DNA of 64,000 bases from Pseudomonadota bacterium (GTDB lineage Bacteria > Pseudomonadota > Alphaproteobacteria > Caulobacterales > Caulobacteraceae). Location: assembly GCA_018241335.1 (NCBI GenBank), contig JAFEEA010000001.1:746-64745 (forward strand), in the 5' to 3' direction. Both the position numbers and the translations under genes were made by a program. The first letter of the stretch is position 1. Each line of letters begins with the position of its first letter. The notes below the pieces were generated by a model. That model had not been told where the DNA came from, made no database searches, and saw only the letters and a list, made by a program, of their open reading frames with translations. Of this stretch, positions 49,018 through 58,518 are shown piece after piece.

Positions 49018-50421
49018 ATGGAAGACTTCAAGCTGTTGATCGGCGGCGCCCTGGAAGACGGCGACTCCGTCATGGACGTGATCAACCCGGCCACCGAGAC
49101 GGTGCTGGCCAAGGCGCCCCGCGCCTCCAAGGCCCAGCTCGACAAGGCGGTGGCGGCGGCCAAGGCGGCCTTCCCCGCCTGGAGCGCCACGCCCATCGAT
49201 GAGCGCAAGAAGGCGCTCTTGGCCATGGCCGACGCCATCCAGAACAACGCCGCGGAACTGGCCCGTATCCTCACCCAGGAACAGGGCAAGCCGATCGGCG
49301 ACGCCACTGGCGAGGTCTATGGCGCGGCCGCCTTCTTCCGCTACTTCACCATGCTGGACCTGCCGGTGAAGGTGCTGGACGACAGCCCGAACCGCCGCGT
49401 CGAGGCGCGCCGCAAGCCCCTGGGGGTGATTGGCGCGATCGTGCCCTGGAACTTCCCGCTGATCCTCATGGCCTTCAAGGTTCCGGCGGCCCTGCTGGCC
49501 GGCAACACCATCGTCCTGAAGCCGGCCCCGACCACGCCGCTTTCGACGCTTCGCATCGGCGCCCTGATCAAGGACCTGCTGCCCCCGGGCGTGCTGAACA
49601 TCATCGCCGACGCCGGCGACCTGGGCGCCGCCATGACCGCCCATCCGGACGTTCGCAAGATCTCGTTCACGGGCTCCACCGAGACCGGCAAGCGCGTGAT
49701 GGCCGGCGCCGCCGAGGCTCTGAAGCGCATCACCCTGGAGCTGGGCGGCAACGACGCCGGCATCGTCCTGGCCGACAACGACCCCAAGGTCGTGGCCCCC
49801 AAGCTGTTCCAGAGCGCCTTCCAAAACTCCGGCCAGGTCTGCATCGCCATGAAGCGGGCCTACGTCCACGACAGCATCTATGACGCGGTCTGCGACGAAC
49901 TGGCCAAACTGGCCAACGAGGCGGTTGTCGGCGACGGCCTGGAGCAGGGCACCCAACTCGGCCCGCTGCAGAACAAGATGCAGTACGACAAAGTCATGGC
50001 CCTGATCGAGGACGCCAAGCAGCACGGCAAGGTGATCGCCGGCGGCGTTCCCGTGGAGGGCAAGGGCTACTTCATCAAGCCCACCATCGTGCGCGACATC
50101 ACCGACGGGACGCGCCTGGTGGACGAGGAGCAGTTCGGCCCGGTCCTGCCGGTCATCCGCTTCGAGGACGACCTGGACGCCGTCAGCCGCGCCAACAACT
50201 CGCCCTATGGCCTGGGCGGCTCGATCTGGTCGTCCGACCTCGACAAAGCCCACGCCCTGGCCGAGCGGATGGACACCGGCACGGTGTGGATCAACAAGCA
50301 CGCTGAACTGGCCCCCAACATTCCCTTCGGCGGAGCCAAGATGTCGGGCCTGGGCACGGAACTGGGCGAGGAAGGCCTCAACGAGTTCACCCAGCTGCAC
50401 ATCATCAACATGGCGCGGTAG
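49018..50421 (+). CDS. Aldehyde dehydrogenase
   Basis: PWNFP, FTGSTETG, LELGGND, NSGQVC, EEQFGP, FGGAKMSG; ATG 49018 after GGAGG. Confidence 0.95.
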   Translation: MEDFKLLIGGALEDGDSVMDVINPATETVLAKAPRASKAQLDKAVAAAKAAFPAWSATPIDERKKALLAMADAIQNNAAELARILTQEQGKPIGDATGEVYGAAAFFRYFTMLDLPVKVLDDSPNRRVEARRKPLGVIGAIVPWNFPLILMAFKVPAALLAGNTIVLKPAPTTPLSTLRIGALIKDLLPPGVLNIIADAGDLGAAMTAHPDVRKISFTGSTETGKRVMAGAAEALKRITLELGGNDAGIVLADNDPKVVAPKLFQSAFQNSGQVCIAMKRAYVHDSIYDAVCDELAKLANEAVVGDGLEQGTQLGPLQNKMQYDKVMALIEDAKQHGKVIAGGVPVEGKGYFIKPTIVRDITDGTRLVDEEQFGPVLPVIRFEDDLDAVSRANNSPYGLGGSIWSSDLDKAHALAERMDTGTVWINKHAELAPNIPFGGAKMSGLGTELGEEGLNEFTQLHIINMAR

Positions 50422-50433
50422 GCGAACGTTGCG

Positions 50434-50463
50434 ACCAGGGCCGGCCGCGCCGGCCCTGGTTTT
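50434..50463 (+). terminator. Rho-independent terminator of the ALDH gene
   Basis: ACCAGGGCCGGC-CGC-GCCGGCCCTGGT-TTT, perfect stem. Confidence 0.8.
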
Positions 50464-50662
50464 CCTGAATTGGGCCAACAATGCTGTCAGCGCTCGCCGA
50501 GAATGGGCGCCAAAGTGACAGTTGGGTCGGGTATCCGACCGTGTTTTTCCTGGTGTTTTCTGCCGCGAACACTCAACCTGAGATGAGCGGAGCCCTTTCC
50601 GCGATGGGGTTGATCAGGTGACCTGGCGAAGGCGAGAGCCGCGCGGCGGGCCAGCGGCAGGC

Positions 50663-50851
50663 ATGAAGACATTCACCTTCCTTTGCGTTCGGCCCGACGG
50701 CGCGATCCCCGCCATGGAGCTGTCGCTCTTGCCCGATGAGGACGCCGCGCGGTCTCGGGCCAGCGAGCTGTTGGCCGAGCATGCCAGTTCGCACGCGGTG
50801 GAGATCTGGAACGACGACGCCCTGTTCGAGTCCGTCGCCCGGATCGACTGA
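50663..50851 (+). CDS. Small hypothetical protein (62 aa)
   Basis: MKTFTFLCV...VEIWNDDALF; plausible small beta/alpha fold; fills the intergenic gap. Confidence 0.65.
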   Translation: MKTFTFLCVRPDGAIPAMELSLLPDEDAARSRASELLAEHASSHAVEIWNDDALFESVARID

Positions 50852-50989
50852 CGCTTCCCCTACGTCTTCCGCCACGGCGCCTTGCGCGCACGGTTGCGAG
50901 GCCCGCGCCGGTGGGCTTATCCCTTTCGGAAACAATAAGACGCGCCGCCCGGAACGCCGGATCGGCGCCGCCGCGGCAGGAGGAAGACG

Positions 50990-51892
50990 ATGGCGGGATT
51001 GTGCGAAGGCCGGGTGGCGATCGTCACCGGCGGGGGCCGTGGGATCGGGCGGGAATACTGCCTGATGCTGGCGGCCGAGGGCGCCAAGGTGGTGGTCAAC
51101 GACCTGGGCGGCGCCCGCGACGGCGTCGGCGCGGACCTGGGACCGGCCGATGAAGTGGTCAACGAGATCAGGGCCATGGGCGGCGAGGCGGTGGCCAACG
51201 GCGCCGACGTCTCCGACTGGGACCAGGCCAAGGCCATGATCGACCAGGCGGTGTCGACTTTCGGCAAGCTGGACGTCCTGATCAACAACGCCGGCATCCT
51301 GCGCGACCGCATGCTGGTCAACATGACCGAGGCGGAGTGGGACGCGGTGATCAAGGTGCACCTCAAGGGCACCTTCGCGCCGGCCCACCATGCGGCGGTC
51401 TATTGGCGCGAGCTGAACAAGGAGACCGGCGCGCCGGTCAACGCGCGCCTGATCAACACCTCGTCGGTGTCGGGCATCTACGGCAACATCGGCCAGACCA
51501 ACTATGGCGCGGCCAAGATGGGCATCGCGGCCTTCACCATCATCGCCTCGCGCGAGCTGCGCCGCTATGGGGTGACGGTCAACGCCATCGCCCCGGGCGC
51601 CCTGACGCGCCTGACCGAAGACCTGGGCGGGCCGATCACCGAGGAGCGCAAGGAGTCCGGCGATCCCAAGTGGGTGGCGCCGATCGCCGTGTGGCTGGCC
51701 AGCGAGGAGTCGGCCGAGGTCAGCGGGCGGATGTTCGAGGCCAGCGGCAACACCCTGGCCATCGCCGAGGGCTGGCACCGCGGCCCCACCGCCACGCCCA
51801 CCAAGGACCCCCACGAGATGGGCGCCAAGGTGGCCGAGATGATGAAGACGGCGCGCAAGAACGCCGGCATGAACGGCATGGATCTGGACTAG
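50990..51892 (+). CDS. Short-chain dehydrogenase/reductase
   Basis: TGGGRGIG, VVVNDLG, NNAGILRD, YGAAK. Confidence 0.93.
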   Translation: MAGLCEGRVAIVTGGGRGIGREYCLMLAAEGAKVVVNDLGGARDGVGADLGPADEVVNEIRAMGGEAVANGADVSDWDQAKAMIDQAVSTFGKLDVLINNAGILRDRMLVNMTEAEWDAVIKVHLKGTFAPAHHAAVYWRELNKETGAPVNARLINTSSVSGIYGNIGQTNYGAAKMGIAAFTIIASRELRRYGVTVNAIAPGALTRLTEDLGGPITEERKESGDPKWVAPIAVWLASEESAEVSGRMFEASGNTLAIAEGWHRGPTATPTKDPHEMGAKVAEMMKTARKNAGMNGMDLD

Positions 51893-51901
51893 GGCGGCGC
51901 C

Positions 51902-53440
51902 ATGTACCTCGCCGATCATGCCCGACTGACCCCCGACAAGCCGGCCATGATCTCGGCCGACACGGGGGCCAAGGTCACCTACGCCGAGCTGGACGCGGCT
52001 TCCAACCGTCTGGCCCAGTTCCTCCATGCCCAGGGCTTCAGGCGCGGCGACCACATCGCCGTGCTGATGGAGAACAACCTGCGCTTCATGGAGCCTGTGT
52101 GGGCGGCGTTCCGCTCCGGGTTCTACGTCACCACCGTCAACCGCTACCTGCCGCCGGACGAGGCCGCCTACATCATCGGCGACTGCGGGGCCAAGGCGCT
52201 GATCACCTCCTTCGCCAAGCGCGAGACGGCCGAGGCGCTACTGGACCTAATCCCGAACTGCCCGGTGCGGCTGATGCTGGACGGAACCATCGACGGCTAC
52301 CAGTCCTACGAAGCCGCCTTGGCGTCGGCCTCGGCCGAACCCCTGGCGCAGGAGTGGATGGGCGATTCCATGCTCTACAGCTCCGGCACCACGGGGCGGC
52401 CCAAGGGCATCCTGCGGCCGCTGCCCGAGGTGACGCCGGCCGAGGGCTTCGCCACCCGCCAGCTGGTCAACCGCTATGGCCTGACCGCCGACAGTGTCTA
52501 CCTGTCGCCCGCGCCGCTCTATCACGCCGCGCCGCTGGCCTATGTGCTGAGCGTGCAGTCGTTCGGCGGCACGGTGATCATGATGGAGCGCTTCGACGCC
52601 GAACAGGCGCTGAAGCTGATCCAGCAGTACGGCGTCACTCACAGCCAGTGGGTGCCGACCATGTTCGTGCGCATGCTGAAACTGCCCGAGGAGGCGCGGG
52701 CAGGCTTCGACCTGTCAAGCCACCAGGTCGCCATCCACGCCGCCGCCCCCTGCCCGGTGGAGGTCAAGCGGCAGATGATCGAGTGGTGGGGGCCGATCCT
52801 CTTCGAATACTACGCGGGCACCGAGGGCTCGGGCTCCACCTTCATCTCCAGCGAGGACTGGCTGGAGCACCCGGGCTCGGTGGGCCGCGCGGCCCTGGGC
52901 GTGCTGCACATCTGCGACGACGACGGGAACGAACTGCCGGTGGGCGAAGCGGGGTTGGTCTATTTCGAGCGCGAGGTGGCGACCTTCGAGTACCACAACG
53001 ACGCCGAGAAGACGCGCGCCGCCCGCCATCCCCAGCACCCCAACTGGAACGCCTTGGGCGACGTCGGCTACCTGGACGCCGACGGCTATCTGTACCTGAC
53101 CGACCGCAAGGCGTTCATGATCATCTCCGGCGGGGTGAACATCTATCCCCAGGCCATCGAGGACGCCCTGATCACCCACCCCAAGGTGGGCGACGTGGCG
53201 GTGTTCGGCGTGCCGGACGCGGAGATGGGCGAGGCGGTCAAGGCGGTGATCGAGCCGGCGCCCGGCCATGATCCCACCGACGACCTCGCGGCCGAGTTGC
53301 TGGCCTTCGCGCGGGAGAACCTGGCCCACTATATGGCCCCGCGCTCCATCGACTTCATCGCCGAAATGCCGCGCCTGCCCACGGGCAAGCTCTACAAGCG
53401 CCTGCTCAAGGACGCCTATTGGAAGGACCGCGCGATCTAG
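51902..53440 (+). CDS. Acyl-CoA synthetase (AMP-binding)
   Basis: YSSGTTGRPKG, PLYHAAP, YYAGTE, GDVGYLD, ISGGVNIYP, TGKL. Confidence 0.93.
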   Translation: MYLADHARLTPDKPAMISADTGAKVTYAELDAASNRLAQFLHAQGFRRGDHIAVLMENNLRFMEPVWAAFRSGFYVTTVNRYLPPDEAAYIIGDCGAKALITSFAKRETAEALLDLIPNCPVRLMLDGTIDGYQSYEAALASASAEPLAQEWMGDSMLYSSGTTGRPKGILRPLPEVTPAEGFATRQLVNRYGLTADSVYLSPAPLYHAAPLAYVLSVQSFGGTVIMMERFDAEQALKLIQQYGVTHSQWVPTMFVRMLKLPEEARAGFDLSSHQVAIHAAAPCPVEVKRQMIEWWGPILFEYYAGTEGSGSTFISSEDWLEHPGSVGRAALGVLHICDDDGNELPVGEAGLVYFEREVATFEYHNDAEKTRAARHPQHPNWNALGDVGYLDADGYLYLTDRKAFMIISGGVNIYPQAIEDALITHPKVGDVAVFGVPDAEMGEAVKAVIEPAPGHDPTDDLAAELLAFARENLAHYMAPRSIDFIAEMPRLPTGKLYKRLLKDAYWKDRAI

Positions 53441-53610
53441 CGTCAGGGCGGGACCGCGCCCCCTTCCTCACCCGCTCATCCCGGACTTCGGCTGATTGAG
53501 TGGAGTTGGAGATGCACACTCCGGGGGCGGACGATTGGCGCGGCGCGGGGGCCTTCTAGGCGCGCGCAGGCTGTGCCACCATCGGGACCTGGCAGACGGA
53601 GGGGCTCCGG

Positions 53611-54690
53611 ATGGACGGGCTGCGGTGGTTGCGCCGGGTCACGGCGGCGTGCGTAGGGATGGCGGCCCTGGCGATGGCGCCCGTCGCATCAGCGAAGGCG
53701 GACCTGTTCGACGACGGGCCGCCGCTGGAGATCACCCTGACGGCGCCCTTTCCGGCCCTGGTGAAATCGGCCCTGACCAGCACCAGTCCTCATTCCGCCA
53801 CCCTGACGGTGAGTGAGCCGGGCGGACCGGCGCAGACCCTACCCATCCAACTCAGCCCGCGCGGAATGACGCGACGCACCGGCGGGTACTGCAAGTTTCC
53901 GCCCCTGCTGCTGAAGTTCGACAAGGCAAGCGTCCATGGCACGGTGTTCCACGGTCAGCACAAGCTGAAGCTGGTCACCTATTGCCGGCCGGGCGCCGAC
54001 TACGAGCAGCGCATCGTCCTGGAGTACCTGGCCTACAGGCTGTTTAACGTGATCACCCCGATGAGCTATCGCGTGCGGGCGGTAGAGGTCACCTACCGGA
54101 ACGCCGACGGCAAGGGCGAGGCGCTGCGCCGGTTCGGCTTCGTGATCGAGGACATCGACGACATGGCTGGCCGCAACGACCGCAACCGGCTGGAGGCCGC
54201 CTCCAAACAGGTGAAGCCGGTGCGGATGGACGGCAAGGCGGCGGCGCGGGCGGCGCTGTTCGAATACATGATCGGCAACTTGGACTGGGACTTCCTGGCC
54301 GGGGCCCCGGGGGCGCCGTGCTGTCACAACAGCCGCCTTATCGCCGCGCGGGACGCCAAGCCGGAGAGCGCGGAGGCGGTCGTGCCGGTGCCCTACGACT
54401 TCGACTATTCGGGCCTGATCAATGCGCCCTACGCCGAAGTGCCCGAGGGCCTGCCGGTGCAGAAGGTCACCGACCGGCTTTACCGCGGCTACTGCGTCAG
54501 CAAGGCCGACCTGCCGGCGGTGGTGGAAGAATACCGCGCCCACCGCGCCGAACTGGCGGCGGTCATCGCCGGTGAGCCGCACCTGAACCCGGAGTTCCGG
54601 GACCGGGCGAGCGCCTATCTGGACGGCTTCTTCAAGATCCTCGACGATCCCGGACGGGTCCAGAAGGACATCGTCGGCCACTGCCGATAG
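53611..54690 (+). CDS. Exported protein with CotH-like atypical kinase motifs
   Basis: Signal peptide ending ASA; KLKLV, LEYLAYRLF, FEYMIGNLDW...HN, PVPYDFD; 6 mature-region Cys. Confidence 0.6.
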   Translation: MDGLRWLRRVTAACVGMAALAMAPVASAKADLFDDGPPLEITLTAPFPALVKSALTSTSPHSATLTVSEPGGPAQTLPIQLSPRGMTRRTGGYCKFPPLLLKFDKASVHGTVFHGQHKLKLVTYCRPGADYEQRIVLEYLAYRLFNVITPMSYRVRAVEVTYRNADGKGEALRRFGFVIEDIDDMAGRNDRNRLEAASKQVKPVRMDGKAAARAALFEYMIGNLDWDFLAGAPGAPCCHNSRLIAARDAKPESAEAVVPVPYDFDYSGLINAPYAEVPEGLPVQKVTDRLYRGYCVSKADLPAVVEEYRAHRAELAAVIAGEPHLNPEFRDRASAYLDGFFKILDDPGRVQKDIVGHCR

Positions 54691-54714
54691 GCCTTGGGGC
54701 GTAGTCCGACTGCT

Positions 54715-55878
54715 TCAAGACGGGGCCTTTGCGCCCAGGTCGACCGAACATCGGGCGGCCTTGACCGGGTCGGGGATGGCGGCGGCGTCGAGGGCGGCGA
54801 CCTGGGCGAGATAGGCGCGGCGGCCGGCGTCATCCATCGGCAGGGACAGGGTCTTGCCGCGATAGACGGTGGTGAAGGCGTCGCCCTGTTTGACCAGGAA
54901 GGCGTGCGGATCGGGGCAGCCTCCGGGAACGGCGATGTCGGTCAGGATCACCGCCCCGCCGAAGCGGGTGTTGACCATGGAATAGCGCTTGGTGTGGCCG
55001 ACGACCACGTGGCGCACCTGATGGCGGGCCAGCACGGCCGCGACGCTGGCGGCCTCCGCGGCTTCATCGTTCAGGGCCATGCCCCGGTACCAGAGCGGGC
55101 CGTTCTCGTTCCACAGGATGTCGTGCGGGCCGGCAGCCGCCTCCGGCTGGTGGCGGAGAGCGGCGATGACCGCCTTGTCCTCGACGTCGATGTCGAAGGG
55201 GGTGAACTCGGCGCTGACCCCGGCATGCAGGTAGAGGGTGTCGTCGATGCGGATGATGGCGCTGTGGCCTAGGATCCAGCGCCCGTAGGCGCCGGACGGC
55301 GACCAGGCGAGCTGGTGCTCGACCCACCCCAGGGGATGCTCGGCGTCGAACCTCGCCCTGTAGGCGGCGTCGATGACGGGCAGGCCGGTCGTCGGCGGAT
55401 GGGCCTTCAGGGCGGCGACCACGGCGGTGTAGTAGGCGTCGCGACGGCGCGGGGAGTTGCGGTCGGCGAAGGCGGCGAACTCGCCCGGCGTGGTGTAGCG
55501 CAGGTCGCCTTCCATGTTCATGGCTTCGTGGTTGCCGATCAGGGCGTGGACGAAGCCGCCGGCCCGGCGGGCCTGGGGTTCCAGCTTGATCAGCAGGTCC
55601 AGGATCTTTCGGGTGTCCGGCGCCCGGTCGGGAACGTCGCCCAGCTGCACCAGATGGGTCGCCCCACCGCTCCAGTTGTCCTTGGCGTCGATCAGGCCGG
55701 CCTGGCGAAGCTGGTCGTGGAACTTGTCGAAGTCGCCGTGCAGGTCGCCAATGGCCACCACCCGGGCGACATGGTCCCACTGGGTGCGCTCGCGGTCACT
55801 GGCCGCTAAGGCCGCCGGCGCCAAGGCCAGGAGGGCGAAGAGGGCCGCGACGGCGCCGGCCCAGGCTTTAGTCTTCAT
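54715..55878 (-). CDS. Exported calcineurin-like metallophosphoesterase (Shelph/PPP-like)
   Basis: Signal peptide; GDLHGD, GDVPDR, GNHE, LHAG, VGHT. Confidence 0.88.
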   Translation of the reverse strand: MKTKAWAGAVAALFALLALAPAALAASDRERTQWDHVARVVAIGDLHGDFDKFHDQLRQAGLIDAKDNWSGGATHLVQLGDVPDRAPDTRKILDLLIKLEPQARRAGGFVHALIGNHEAMNMEGDLRYTTPGEFAAFADRNSPRRRDAYYTAVVAALKAHPPTTGLPVIDAAYRARFDAEHPLGWVEHQLAWSPSGAYGRWILGHSAIIRIDDTLYLHAGVSAEFTPFDIDVEDKAVIAALRHQPEAAAGPHDILWNENGPLWYRGMALNDEAAEAASVAAVLARHQVRHVVVGHTKRYSMVNTRFGGAVILTDIAVPGGCPDPHAFLVKQGDAFTTVYRGKTLSLPMDDAGRRAYLAQVAALDAAAIPDPVKAARCSVDLGAKAPS

Positions 55879-56683
55879 AGGCGCGAGCATAGCGCGTGAT
55901 GGTGGCGCGCGCATTGCCGCCCTCGTCGGCGATGACCAGGGCGCCGTCGGCGAGGATCGTGGCGCCCTCGGCCTGGCGGTGCAGGCGCCCCAGCCAGCGT
56001 GCGGCGAGGATTTGGCCGCGCTCGTCCAGTTCGACCATGGCGTTCTCCCGCGCCGCCAGGATGACCAGCCGGCCGGTGGCCGGATCGATCTCCACGGACG
56101 AGGGGTGGAAGGCGCGCGCCCCGACCGCCTCGGCCAGGGGGGCGACGGGAAGGGTCAGCCATGGCCGCGCGGGCTCTGCGGGCCGGCGCGGCGACCAGGC
56201 GTAGAGCACCAGGACGCCGGCGAGGTCGACCGCGTAGTTGATCTTGGCGGCGATGATCACGGCGTCCTCGCCGCCGTGGAAGGCCAGGCCCTCGATCTCG
56301 GCGACGCGACGTAGGCCGGTATCGAAGGTTTCGAAGGTCACGTGGGCGCGGTCCTCGCCCTCGCGGAACCGGTAGAGCCAGCCCGAGCTGGTGGTGAGGT
56401 AGAAGTCGCCGGCGCCGTCGATGGCCAGACCCTCGAAGTCGCCGCGCAGGGCCGGCGCGCCCAGGGCGAAGCGTTTGACGATCTCGCCGCCTTGCAGGTC
56501 GATCTGACAGATGACCGCCAGCTCGTCGTCGTGTCCCATGACGCGGCCGTCAGGGGTCAGGGCCAGGCCCGAGATTTCCCGCAGCCGCTTGGGCAGGCGC
56601 CATTGCCCCTGGGCTTCGGCCTCGAACAGGGAGATGCCGAAGCGGGTCGGGCCCGCCGCCAGGGCCGGATCCTTTCGCGCCAT
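55868..56683 (-). CDS. YjiK / SdiA-regulated-type beta-propeller protein
   Basis: EISGLA, HDDE, GDFEGLA, IEGLAF, HPSSVEI, QAEGAT blade motifs; 11-nt overlap with the phosphatase gene. Confidence 0.7.
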   Translation of the reverse strand: MARKDPALAAGPTRFGISLFEAEAQGQWRLPKRLREISGLALTPDGRVMGHDDELAVICQIDLQGGEIVKRFALGAPALRGDFEGLAIDGAGDFYLTTSSGWLYRFREGEDRAHVTFETFDTGLRRVAEIEGLAFHGGEDAVIIAAKINYAVDLAGVLVLYAWSPRRPAEPARPWLTLPVAPLAEAVGARAFHPSSVEIDPATGRLVILAARENAMVELDERGQILAARWLGRLHRQAEGATILADGALVIADEGGNARATITRYARAYED

Positions 56684-56857
56684 CCTCTCTACGCCACGCC
56701 CCAATGAACCTTGAAGCCAGCGAGCCACGGGCGCGGAAGGAAGGCAAGCGGCAGGCGACGCCAAATCGTCCGTTCACGGCGTTTAGGGTGGGAGGGGGCC
56801 GACGCTTGCCAAAGGCGGCGCCCGCGTCCACGCTGACCGGACGGGTGGGGGTGCGGC

Positions 56858-57607
56858 ATGTTTAGGGCGCTGATCGTCTTTCTGGGGCTGCTGTTGCTGG
56901 TTCCGCAAGGCGCCTTCGCGCAGGCCCAGGGGCTGTTCGACGGGCCGCGCGGGCAGCTGGCGGCGGCAGGCTGGGCCGGCTTCCGCGACCTGCACTTCCT
57001 GGCCGACTCTTTGGGCGCGCTGCTGCTGGCCACCGTCCTGGGCGCGCTGATCGGCTATCACCCGATGACGACGCGCACGGTGGACACCCTGCGCGAGGCG
57101 GACCTGCCCAAGGTCTACATCCTCTACGCCTTCGTCGGCGCCGTGATCGGGGTGACCGTGCGCGAGTTCGGCATGGTCATCGGCGTGGTGGTGTTCGGCA
57201 TCGGCGGGTTGATTCGCTTTCGCACCGACACTGGCTCGGCGCGCGATACCGGGCGGCTGATCATCGTCACCCTGTCGGGGCTGATCGCGGGCCTGGGCCT
57301 GCCGCACTTCGCGGTGGTGACAACGGCCTTCGCCTTCGTGCTCATCTTCCTCTTCGATCAACGACCCTATTGCCGGGTCAAGGTCAGCGAGCTGCCGCAG
57401 GGCCGGGTGGCCGAGAGCGCGGCGGCCTATCGGGCGATCCTGGAGCAGAAAGGCTGCAAGATCGTCGGCGAGCGCAAGTCGTTCAACAAGGACCGTGTTG
57501 AGTTCGTCTTCCGCCTGCCCCGCGCCAGCGCCCGCGACCAGATCCACACCGACCTCTGCGCCATCGCGCCGGAATTCCGCGGCGAGATCGACTGGGAGGT
57601 CGAGTAA
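56858..57607 (+). CDS. DUF4956/MgtC-like membrane protein
   Basis: Several TM segments, GGLIRFRT...ARDT...GLIAGLG signature, soluble C-terminal domain. Confidence 0.65.
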   Translation: MFRALIVFLGLLLLVPQGAFAQAQGLFDGPRGQLAAAGWAGFRDLHFLADSLGALLLATVLGALIGYHPMTTRTVDTLREADLPKVYILYAFVGAVIGVTVREFGMVIGVVVFGIGGLIRFRTDTGSARDTGRLIIVTLSGLIAGLGLPHFAVVTTAFAFVLIFLFDQRPYCRVKVSELPQGRVAESAAAYRAILEQKGCKIVGERKSFNKDRVEFVFRLPRASARDQIHTDLCAIAPEFRGEIDWEVE

Positions 57608-57630
57608 GGAGCCGACCCGCTACTTGCGCC

Positions 57631-58371
57631 TCAAGCCTCGATGCCGCCCGTCGCCGGCGCGGGGCGGGCGCGCTGGTTGAAGAGCAGCTTCATGCGGCGC
57701 TCGCGTTCTTCCTGCGAGAGGGAGGCGAAGTCCTCGGCCGGGCCGGCGGTGACGGCCATGCCGCGCTGGACGCCGGGGCGCGCCGACAGCTCGTCGAACC
57801 AGCGCTTGAAGTACTTGAAGTCGGCGATGTTGGAGCCCTGGCCCTCGATGTTGATGGTCCACGGGTAGCAGATCATGTCGGCGATCGAGTAGGCGTCGCC
57901 GGCCAGGTAGCGGTGGTCGTAGAGGCGATTGTCGAGGACGCCGTAGAGGCGGTTGACCTCGTCGGTGAAGCGGCGGACGGCGTAGGACTGGTCGCCCTGG
58001 CTGTCGCCCAGGCGGCGGAAGTGGCCGGCCTCGCCGGACTTGGGCCCCTGGTTGGCCATCTGCCAGATGAGCCACTGGTTTACCTCGTACCGGCCGCGGA
58101 TGTCCTGGGGATAGAACTGGCCCGCCTTCTCGGCGACATACATCATGATCGCCCCGGACTCGAAGATGGCGATGGGTTCGCCCCCGTCGGCGGGCGCGTG
58201 GTCGACCAGGGCCGGCATGCGATTGTTGGGATTGATCTTGAGGAAGTCGGCCGTGAACTGGTCGCCCTTGCCGATGTTGGTGGGGACGATGCGGTAGGGA
58301 AGGCCGCACTCCTCGAGCAGGATGGTCACCTTCTTGCCGTTGGGCGTCGGCCAGTAGTGCAGGTCGAGCAT
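57631..58371 (-). CDS. Nu-class glutathione S-transferase (YfcG/YghU-like)
   Basis: WPTPNG, INPNNRMPA, FESGAI, QMANQGP, YSIADM. Confidence 0.9.
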   Translation of the reverse strand: MLDLHYWPTPNGKKVTILLEECGLPYRIVPTNIGKGDQFTADFLKINPNNRMPALVDHAPADGGEPIAIFESGAIMMYVAEKAGQFYPQDIRGRYEVNQWLIWQMANQGPKSGEAGHFRRLGDSQGDQSYAVRRFTDEVNRLYGVLDNRLYDHRYLAGDAYSIADMICYPWTINIEGQGSNIADFKYFKRWFDELSARPGVQRGMAVTAGPAEDFASLSQEERERRMKLLFNQRARPAPATGGIEA

Positions 58372-58518
58372 GGTTGGGATCCTGGGATGGGGCTGGGTCT
58401 AGAGCAACCTATCGGCCGGGGCGGCGGGCTCAATCGACAATTTCTTATAAGGACCCACCTCTTTCACTTCGGCGGGAGGCCTGCGGACGAACCGCGGGGG
58501 CCGTGCTAGCGTTCCGTC

